Assembly (NCBI GenBank): GCA_045862895.1
Contig: BTUO01000006.1
Coordinates: 1-64,000, forward strand
Reading direction: 5' to 3'
Source: Acidobacteriota bacterium
GTDB taxonomy: Bacteria; Acidobacteriota; Thermoanaerobaculia; Multivoradales; JAGPDF01
DNA: 64,000 nucleotides
Positions 57,321 to 64,000 of the stretch are shown piece by piece. The notes below the pieces were generated by a model. The model made no database searches and was not told the origin of the DNA. It saw nothing but the letters and a program-made list of their open reading frames with translations. Every line of letters starts with the position of its first letter. The first letter of the stretch is position 1. A program made the translations under genes and the position numbers.

Positions 57321-57343
57321 CCTTGCGATGTCCCGTCGCAAGG
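57321..57343. promoter_or_regulatory. hairpin CCTTGCGA-tgtcccg-TCGCAAGG overlapping the RBS of the 56620-57309 gene
   Basis: Read directly; 8-bp stem. The RBS lies in its left arm on the minus strand. Confidence 0.4.
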
Positions 57344-57388
57344 GGAACGCGCGGCCCGCCGGAAACGGCTCAGGTGGGGCCGGACGGC

Positions 57389-58312
57389 TCAGGCTTCGGT
57401 CAGTGTCCTGCCGCGGCCCGGGACGACCAGGACCGGGCACGGCGCGAGCCTCGCCACGCGCGCGGCGACGCTGCCGAGCAGCAGCCGGTCGAGCCCGGTG
57501 TGTCCCGAAGTGCCGAGCACGACCAGGTCGGCGCCGGTCTCGGCCGCGCGGTTGAGGATGGTCGGCGCCGGGGCGCCGTGCCAGACCTCGATCGCGGCCC
57601 GGCCCTCGAAGCCCAGCGCGGTGGCGAGCGTGCCGAGCGCATCGCGCGCCGCCGGTACCAGCTCGGTGACGATCATCGAAGTGGCGCCGAGCCCGGCCGG
57701 GTTCATCGGCAACGGTACCTCGAGGTCGGGGACGACGTGGAACAGCTCGAGCGTGGCACCGGTCGCGTCGGCGAGCGCGGCGGCGTCGGCCGCGGCGCGC
57801 TTCGAGGTCGCGGAGAAGTCGACCGGGGCGAGGATCCTGGTGAGCTTGCCAACCTCCCTGCCGTCGCGTCCCGGCACCACCAGCACCGGCCGTTCCGCCC
57901 GCCGCAGGACTTCCGACACGACGCTGCCGAGCAGCAGGTGCGCGGGGCCGCGACGGCCGTGGGTGCCCATCACGATCAGGTCGGCGTCGTCCGCCTCGGC
58001 GGCGTCGAGGATGCCGCGCTCGACCTCGGGGGCGCGCTCGATCGACTCGCGGATGCGCAGCATCCGGTCGCGGTGCGGTTCGAGCAGGGCGGCCATCTCC
58101 GAGCGCGCCAGTTCGCTCAGCCGCTCGTAGAGCTCGTCGGCTTCCGGGAAGTGGTGCTCGGGGTTGAACGGATCGGCGGTCCTGAGCGACAGCACGTGCA
58201 GCAGGTGGAGGTCGGCCTCGCCGAGGTCGGACCAGAGCAGGGCGTGGTCGAGCGCCGGCCGGCTGACCTCCGAGAAGTCGGTGGGGAAGAGAATGTGACG
58301 GAGACGGAGCAT
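57389..58312 (-). CDS. tandem universal stress protein (UspA x2)
   Basis: Two Usp domains, each with a G-x2-G-x9-G-S ATP-binding motif (GTHGRRG...GSV; GTSGHTG...GSV). Confidence 0.8.
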   Translation of the reverse strand: MLRLRHILFPTDFSEVSRPALDHALLWSDLGEADLHLLHVLSLRTADPFNPEHHFPEADELYERLSELARSEMAALLEPHRDRMLRIRESIERAPEVERGILDAAEADDADLIVMGTHGRRGPAHLLLGSVVSEVLRRAERPVLVVPGRDGREVGKLTRILAPVDFSATSKRAAADAAALADATGATLELFHVVPDLEVPLPMNPAGLGATSMIVTELVPAARDALGTLATALGFEGRAAIEVWHGAPAPTILNRAAETGADLVVLGTSGHTGLDRLLLGSVAARVARLAPCPVLVVPGRGRTLTEA

Positions 58313-58490
58313 GGCAGCCTCCTGGCGCCGTCCGGCGCCGGTCCCAGTCTCTCGCGACCGCGGCCGCAGGTCACTACCCGCGAGGGCAGGAAGCGTCGTC
58401 GCGGGGGCCGAGGGCCGTGTGACCGGCTGCGCGGCGGCGGGCCGGCTCGTCGCGATAGCGTGCGCGGCGACCCCGACCCGAGGAGTTCGT

Positions 58491-59450
58491 ATGACGAGCG
58501 CACGCCCCCTCGCCCTCGCACTCGCCCTGCTCGCGCCGACCGCCGCCGCCGCGCGATTCCCGTTCGGCGGCGATCCGGCGGACTGTTCGCTGGCCGAGAC
58601 CGTGCCGGACCCGATCTACGCCCCGTCGAACGGCGTGCTGACGGTCCAGGTCGTGGTTCACGTCATCGCCAACGGCACCTGCGCGCTGGGGGATCTTCCC
58701 GACGACGTCGTCGCCGACCAGATCGAGGTGTTGCGCGAGGACTTCCTGGCGCTGCCCGGGACGCCGGGCGCGGCGGGAGCGGACACCGGCATCCGCTTCG
58801 TGCTGGCCTCGGTCGACCCGGACGGCGAGCCGACCGACGGCATCGAGCACTACTGCGACGAGCTCTGGTACCAGGACGACGCGCCGTACTGGGAGACGAT
58901 CGCCTGGGACCCCGCGCGCTACCTGAACCTCTACGTCAACACCGCGGACAACGCGCGCGGCTACGTGCCGGTGCTGCCGGCGACGCCGGGAGCGCCCAAC
59001 GGCCTGCCGGAAGATCGCGTGGTGATCAACACTCTCGCCTTCGGGCGGCAGAACCCGCCGCCGATCCCTCATCACGCCGGCGGTCGGACCTCGACCCACG
59101 AGATCGGTCACTACCTGGGCCTTTTCCACACCTACTTCGACGGCTGCGGCACGGCCGCCCCTCCGGGCTGCTACACGTCGGGCGACCGCATCTGCGACAC
59201 GGCGCCCGACGCCGCGGCACAGGACGTCTGCCCGGTCGGCGCCACCAGCTGCGGCGGTTTCCTGTCGCCGATCGACAACTACATGCAGCTCACCGACGAC
59301 CCGTGCCTGACCGGCTTCAGCGCGGAGCAGGGGATGCGGATGCGCTGCACGCTGATGCACTACCGCCCCGGGTTGCTCGGCCCGCAGGCGCTCTTCCTCG
59401 ACGATTTCGAGCTCGGCGATCTGTCGCGCTGGAGCTCGACCTCGCCGTAA
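58491..59450 (+). CDS. secreted M43/pappalysin-like zinc metalloprotease, tagged
   Basis: RBS GGAG. Signal peptide. Metzincin motif HEIGHYLGLFH. Ends ...FLDDFELGDLSRWSSTSP. Confidence 0.75.
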   Translation: MTSARPLALALALLAPTAAAARFPFGGDPADCSLAETVPDPIYAPSNGVLTVQVVVHVIANGTCALGDLPDDVVADQIEVLREDFLALPGTPGAAGADTGIRFVLASVDPDGEPTDGIEHYCDELWYQDDAPYWETIAWDPARYLNLYVNTADNARGYVPVLPATPGAPNGLPEDRVVINTLAFGRQNPPPIPHHAGGRTSTHEIGHYLGLFHTYFDGCGTAAPPGCYTSGDRICDTAPDAAAQDVCPVGATSCGGFLSPIDNYMQLTDDPCLTGFSAEQGMRMRCTLMHYRPGLLGPQALFLDDFELGDLSRWSSTSP

Positions 59451-59522
59451 GGACCGGGTCATCACCGCTTCGTGCGGGTCGCGCGCCGACCCCGGGGACG
59501 AGCGCGAAAAAGAGAGAGAACG

Positions 59523-59546
59523 CCAAGGCCAAGGCCAAGGCCAAGG
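59523..59546. repeat. hexanucleotide microsatellite (CCAAGG)x4
   Basis: Read directly; locally GC-poor. Confidence 0.8.
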
Positions 59547-59547
59547 C

Positions 59548-59665
59548 AGAGACGTTCTGTTGAAGGAAGAGACCGCCCTCCCCGAGAGCGCGGGATCTCC
59601 GTGCGCCTCGGACGGGCCGCACGGCGCGGGCTGGCTGGTGCCTTGTTCTTCAACAGAAAGTCTCT
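59548..59665. repeat. 18-bp inverted repeat AGAGACGTTCTGTTGAAG ... CTTCAACAGAAAGTCTCT flanking ~80 bp
   Basis: 17/18 complementary arms at 59548-59565 and 59648-59665. Confidence 0.6.
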
Positions 59666-59767
59666 GTCTTGCTGGGTCTCGGCTCCGAGGCCTCGGTTGG
59701 CGGATGCGGGTTGCGGAATCCGGGTTCTGAAGTACCCGCACGGACTGGAGGGAGCAGCGCCCGAGAA

Positions 59768-60829
59768 TCAGCCCCGCGGCTCGAGGCCGAGCGCGCCGTG
59801 TCCGGCGAGAAATGCCTCCTGGGCCTCGAGCAGACCGCTCGCGCCGTGGAGGCGCAGACCGGCGACGCGTGCCTCGAGTCGCGTGCCGTCCGCGAGCTCG
59901 GTGAAGAAGCGGGTGGCGGAGAGCGCCGCCCCGGAGAGATCGGCGCCCGTCAGATCGGCGCCGGAGAAGTCGGCGCCTTCGACGTCGGCGCCGGCCAGCG
60001 AGACGCCCGAGAGCCTGGCGCCGCGCAGGTTCGACAGCGAGAGGTTGGCGCCCGAGAGATCGCAGCCGGTCAGGTCGGCGTCCGACAGGTCGCACGCCTT
60101 GAGCCGCAGACCGGAGAGGTCGCGCCCGGCCGGCCGCCAGCCGGCGAGATCGACGCCGAGCAGCACGCTCCGGGGGAGCCGCCACGGCGCGAAACTCCCC
60201 GCCGAACGGAAACGGGCGAGCTCTTCGGGGTCGACCGAGCCGGTGGTGAAGCGCTGGTCGCCGGGCCAGGGGTCGCCGGCGTTGTGGTACGCCGAGTCGC
60301 GCTCCCAGAAGCCGAGGCGGTCCTCGGCGAGCAGCTCGATCCGGCGCAGCCACTTCAGGCTCTTGTAGAAATAGCGCGAGGGCGCCACCGTGCGCAGCGG
60401 CCCGCCGTGCTCGAGCTCGAGCGGGCGGCCGTCGATCGCGTCGACCAGCCAGACGTCGGCGCGGGCGAATGCGAGCGGCAGCGAGGTGTCGTGGGCGCGC
60501 TCGGAGTAGGCCTCGAAGCGGACGAAGCGGGCCGCGGCGCGCGGCCGGGCGCGCTCGAGCAGTAACGCGAGCGGAACGCCGGCCAGCCGGGTGTCGAGTC
60601 GCGTCCAGCCGGTGACGCAGTGGATGTCGACGACGCGCTCGGCGCGGGGGAGCGCGAGCCAGTCCGCCCAGGCGAGCTCGAACGGCGCCGCCACCTCGCC
60701 GTCGACGACCAGGCGCCAGCGCTCGCGGTCGAGCGCGGCGGGCGACGGGGCGCGCTCGCCGACCACCGGGAACTTGCGGGTGAGCGCCTGCCCGGGCGGC
60801 AGGCGGAGAGGATCGGGCGCGGAGGTCAT
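59768..60829 (-). CDS. sulfite-oxidase-like molybdopterin oxidoreductase domain fused to C-terminal pentapeptide repeats
   Basis: Internal start MTSAPDPLRL. Moco-domain motif VVDIHCVTGWTRLD. About 17 pentapeptide repeats follow (DLSGLRLKACDLSDADLTGCDLSGANLSLSNLRGARLSG...). Confidence 0.7.
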   Translation of the reverse strand: MTSAPDPLRLPPGQALTRKFPVVGERAPSPAALDRERWRLVVDGEVAAPFELAWADWLALPRAERVVDIHCVTGWTRLDTRLAGVPLALLLERARPRAAARFVRFEAYSERAHDTSLPLAFARADVWLVDAIDGRPLELEHGGPLRTVAPSRYFYKSLKWLRRIELLAEDRLGFWERDSAYHNAGDPWPGDQRFTTGSVDPEELARFRSAGSFAPWRLPRSVLLGVDLAGWRPAGRDLSGLRLKACDLSDADLTGCDLSGANLSLSNLRGARLSGVSLAGADVEGADFSGADLTGADLSGAALSATRFFTELADGTRLEARVAGLRLHGASGLLEAQEAFLAGHGALGLEPRG

Positions 60830-60884
60830 CGCGTCGAGCCTACGACGCCTCCGCGCCCGGCGGCCGTGCGAACCCCACTCGGGC

Positions 60885-61454
60885 TTACGACGCCTTGAGC
60901 TGCAGCACCTTGAGCGGCAGCGGCTCGAAGGCGACGTAGGTGATCTTGCCGTCCGGCGACACCTCGAGGCGCGCCGCCGGGTGGAGCTCGCCGACGCCGA
61001 CGCCGTCGGCGTCGAGGGTGGCGTCGACAACCAGGTACGGATAGCGCGACGAGCGGGCCGAGCCGAAGATCTCGCGGTTCGAGAGCTGCCGTTCGACCAC
61101 GATCAGCAGACGGCGCAGGCCTTCGTCGCGCGTCTCCTGGACGATGGCGATCGGTCGGCCCAGGTTGCCGTCGATCGACAGGCGACCGAGGTCCTCGTCG
61201 CCCAGGCGGTTGTAGAGAGCGCGTTCGCCCTTCTTGCGCGCGAGCGCCGAGTAAGAGGCGAGCTCGCTCTCCGCGGTGGCGCCGGTCAGGCGCAGGGTCA
61301 GGAACGAGCCGCCGACCGGATAGCTGACCGACGGGGCCAGCCACCCTTCGAGCCGGGTGAACTCCTGGGCGGCGGCGGGCGTCGCCAGGACGAGCGGCGC
61401 CGCGACGATCGCGGTGCCGAGAAGCAACGAAGCGAAGCGGTGGGAATATTTCAT
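60885..61454 (-). CDS. secreted hypothetical protein
   Basis: Signal peptide MKYSHRFASLLLGTAIVAAPLVLATPAAAQ. Confidence 0.55.
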   Translation of the reverse strand: MKYSHRFASLLLGTAIVAAPLVLATPAAAQEFTRLEGWLAPSVSYPVGGSFLTLRLTGATAESELASYSALARKKGERALYNRLGDEDLGRLSIDGNLGRPIAIVQETRDEGLRRLLIVVERQLSNREIFGSARSSRYPYLVVDATLDADGVGVGELHPAARLEVSPDGKITYVAFEPLPLKVLQLKAS

Positions 61455-61544
61455 CTCGATCTCCTTTCGCGGGGCTCGTGAGCCCCCGCGTACCAGAGAT
61501 CTAGCAAGGCGCGGACCATGCCCACCGGAGTCGGGGGGCGATCC

Positions 61545-63674
61545 TCACTTTCGGGGGGACTCCGCTTCGAGCTTCGGAACTTCTGTGCCGTAGACATAGC
61601 GTTCGAACCAGGGGCGCCATGGCGAGCCGGTCAACTTCTCGAGGAGGCCGACGACGTCGGCGGTGGCGAGCGGGCGCGTCGCGCCGTGGGCGACGATGGA
61701 GCGGAACCAGGTGAAGAAGAGTCGGTCCCCCAACCCCGCGTCCCCCGCTCGACGCCCGACCTCGGCGCGCAGTGCGTGCAGGACCCAGGGTCCCTTGCCG
61801 TAGAGCAGGTGGTAGCGGGCGTCGGCGTCCGCGTCGGTTCCGGCGAGGAACTCGGCGAGCAGGAGACTGGCGTCGTCGCCGAGAAAGTCCGTGAACTTCT
61901 TCCATTCGACCAGGTTCTGCTCGAAGGCTCGGCGCGCGAGTTGGGGATCGCCGGTCATGCGCTCGACGCACACGGCGGAGAGGTAGTCGGCGAAGCTCTC
62001 GGAGAGCCAGGCGTCCTCCGGCGAGCGAAGACGGACGACGTGCGGGAACCAGCCGTGGGCGACCTCGTGCGCGAGACGCGAGCCCGCTCCCTGGGCGGTG
62101 GCACCGGCCATCCGGCGCGTGCGGTGGCCGACCCGCGAGTTCGCCGCGTTGAGGAACTGCTCGCGGGTCAGGAAGATCAGGCCGGCCGGCGCCTGGCCCC
62201 AACCCCAGGAGTTGACCTCGACGACCTTGAGGTCGGGGAACGGATACGGACGCCCGAGCCACGTCTCGAGGCAGCCGCGGATGGACAGCACGTTGTTGCC
62301 GACCAGGCTCGCTTCGTCGCCCTTGCCGAATGCGTAGCTGGCGACCTCGACCCGCATCCCCTCGTACTCCTGGGCGATGGTGCTGTAGCGCCCGGCGAGC
62401 ACGACGACTCCCCCGGTCGGTCCGGCCAGATCCGTGCGTAAGACATTGCGGTCGCCGGCAGTCGAGCGCTCGATCTCGCGACCCGGCGCGATCGGAGCGA
62501 ACGGCGGCCGGGCGGCGACGCGGATTCGAAAGCTGGCGCGCTCCTCGCCGCCGACGCCGGGACGCGGGTACCACGAGCCGGGTCCGAGCATCCAGTAGCT
62601 GTGTCCCTCCGGACGGAAGAGAAGCTCGCCGCGGGTGCGGACGACGATCTCGACGAGCTCGCCGCGCGCGAGCGCCCGCGGCAGGCGAACGAGCAGCGCC
62701 GATCCGCGCCGGACGTGGTCGGCCGGCGCGCCGTCGACCTCGACGCCGTCGAGCTCGAGCTCGCGCCGGCGACCGCGTCCGTCGTAGCTGCAGTCGAGCA
62801 GGGAGAAGTGGAGCGTCGAGAGCCGTTCTCGCTCCGCGACGATCTTCGTCCGGCTCGAGATCACGGCGAGCTCTTCGCCCGCCTGTTCGACGTCAAGCTC
62901 GACTTCACGGGAGGTGAAGTCGTTTCCGGTCAGCTCGCCCCAGGCGCGGCCGATCGGCTGGGATGCGAGCTCGTCACTGACCAGACGGCCCGGCTCCCGG
63001 GTCCAGCGCGGATCGGTCCTGTGCAGTGCCGACAGCGTCTCGATCCGCGAGGTTCCTGCGCGCGGGTCGACGTCGAGGACGAGCGTCTCGCGACCGGCGT
63101 CGAGCAGCGCCCAGCGGAATCCGACGTCGCCCTGGTCGCGCGACAGGAGGAGGTCGCGCGCCGGATTGGTTCCGAACTGGAGCGACAACGCCCGGCCGAT
63201 CCACTCCGGCAGGGGCGTCGGCCCCGCCGTGGGCGCGGTCTCCGCCACGACGAGATCGTCGCCCCAGATCGCCGCGCCGGCGAGCTCGGCCGCGATCTCG
63301 AGGACTTCGCCGCGCCGCCCGACCTCGAGACCCGCGGCGCGGCGCAGGTTGCGGCTTGCCACCGGCGCCGAGAACCGGTCTTCGATCCGGTACGTCCAGC
63401 GCGCCGGACCGGCGATCAGGACGCCGCAGGCGCGGTCGCCGTCGGTGAGCTCGTAGATGCGGGTACCGGGAAGCGGCCGGAGCTCCGCGCGCCCGATCAC
63501 CAGGGGCGCGGAGAGAGTGATCTCTCCGCCGACCTTCGGTGTCTGGATCGCGTCGTAGCGCTCGGCGAGCGTGCGGCCCGCGGCCACCGCGGATTCGTCG
63601 GCCAGAGCAGGAGCGCCGGGCGCGACCAGCGCCGCGAGGAACGAGACTGCAGTCAGCGCAGAGCGGATTCCCAT
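61545..63674 (-). CDS. secreted M1-family aminopeptidase
   Basis: Signal peptide. HEVAHGWF is the HExxH zinc motif. A downstream Glu and the aminopeptidase N-like layout are present. Confidence 0.75.
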   Translation of the reverse strand: MGIRSALTAVSFLAALVAPGAPALADESAVAAGRTLAERYDAIQTPKVGGEITLSAPLVIGRAELRPLPGTRIYELTDGDRACGVLIAGPARWTYRIEDRFSAPVASRNLRRAAGLEVGRRGEVLEIAAELAGAAIWGDDLVVAETAPTAGPTPLPEWIGRALSLQFGTNPARDLLLSRDQGDVGFRWALLDAGRETLVLDVDPRAGTSRIETLSALHRTDPRWTREPGRLVSDELASQPIGRAWGELTGNDFTSREVELDVEQAGEELAVISSRTKIVAERERLSTLHFSLLDCSYDGRGRRRELELDGVEVDGAPADHVRRGSALLVRLPRALARGELVEIVVRTRGELLFRPEGHSYWMLGPGSWYPRPGVGGEERASFRIRVAARPPFAPIAPGREIERSTAGDRNVLRTDLAGPTGGVVVLAGRYSTIAQEYEGMRVEVASYAFGKGDEASLVGNNVLSIRGCLETWLGRPYPFPDLKVVEVNSWGWGQAPAGLIFLTREQFLNAANSRVGHRTRRMAGATAQGAGSRLAHEVAHGWFPHVVRLRSPEDAWLSESFADYLSAVCVERMTGDPQLARRAFEQNLVEWKKFTDFLGDDASLLLAEFLAGTDADADARYHLLYGKGPWVLHALRAEVGRRAGDAGLGDRLFFTWFRSIVAHGATRPLATADVVGLLEKLTGSPWRPWFERYVYGTEVPKLEAESPRK

Positions 63675-63702
63675 GGCGACTCCGGTCGGATCCGCGGGAA
63701 TG

Positions 63703-64000
63703 CTACTCGACCTGCCGGCCGGGCGAGCCGGATTCGCCGATGCTTCTGCCGGGTTCCGGCGGCTCGCCGGCGCCCTGTTCCTCGTCGTAGCGCCCCTCTT
63801 CGAAGGCACGGCGTTCCTCTGCGGCGCGGGGTCCGCCCGGGCCGAGCTCCTCGCCGAGGGCCTTCATCGACGCCGCCAGGACGCCGCTGCCCGGTGCCGC
63901 TCTCCGGCGCTCGTATTCCTCGTCGCTCCACTCGCGGGGCGCCATCACCAGGCGCGCGAGGCCGAAGATCGCGGCGGCGACGAGCAGGACGACGACGATG
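63703..64000 (-). CDS. partial gene (3' end) for a membrane-anchored acidic protein; start lies beyond the window
   Basis: The ORF runs off the right edge. TM segment IVVVLLVAAAIFGLA, then a charged tail. Confidence 0.35.
   Translation of the reverse strand, partial: IVVVLLVAAAIFGLARLVMAPREWSDEEYERRRAAPGSGVLAASMKALGEELGPGGPRAAEERRAFEEGRYDEEQGAGEPPEPGRSIGESGSPGRQVE

Noticed and set aside
1-64000. CRISPR arrays, rRNA/tRNA genes, transposases/IS elements, and prophage integrase or structural genes
   Set aside because: No regularly spaced 28-40-bp repeats. No rRNA-like conserved stretches. No DDE transposase or tyrosine-recombinase motifs in any frame. The only mobile-element-like signals are the attC-like repeats at the left edge and the short intergenic motif family.

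Overview
This is a very GC-rich (~70%) window that looks like Gram-negative chromosome: it carries a TonB-dependent receptor, a DUF481 outer-membrane protein, lipoproteins and a Tat-exported enzyme. Long ORFs occur in all six frames, and most antisense ones were discarded as GC artefacts. I call about 60 genes with usable support.

The first ~3 kb is a same-strand run of small, lower-GC ORFs separated by 80-130 bp spacers. Two spacers are near-identical 55-bp repeats ending in GTTRRRY cores, so this looks like an integron-type cassette array whose integrase would lie upstream of position 1.

3.1-13.9 kb holds housekeeping and accessory genes: a voltage-gated-type ion channel, MOSC, TspO, DUF2007, DUF2071, DinB, an ICMT-family methyltransferase, an alpha/beta-hydrolase-LuxR fusion and an SRPBCC protein.

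14-59 kb is dominated by secreted proteins: SBBP and other beta-propellers, a PAP-like phosphoesterase, an S8 subtilase, an M43-like metzincin, a DUF1554-like protein, jelly-roll proteins and two paralogous DUF11 giants. Also here are RtcB, an SPFH protein, a sterol-desaturase-family protein, ApaG, fasciclin, GNAT, a TonB receptor, a fatty-acid desaturase, a DUF2911/TPR protein, a thioredoxin-like lipoprotein, hemolysin III, a tandem UspA, a Tat-signal class-V aminotransferase, a Moco-oxidoreductase/pentapeptide fusion and an M1 aminopeptidase.

The main discovery is that ten otherwise unrelated secreted proteins all end in the same ~18-residue tail, ...DGFE-x-GD-x-S-x-WS-A-x-A-P-COOH, with no trans-membrane segment after it. 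I know of no described sorting signal of this shape. The tail resembles the first beta-strand of a CBM4_9-like jelly-roll domain found in four other proteins here.

A second recurring signal is a 13-23-bp intergenic DNA motif, GGTGACAGCCCCC-GATTCTCCAG and its inverse, found at six loci upstream of + strand genes.
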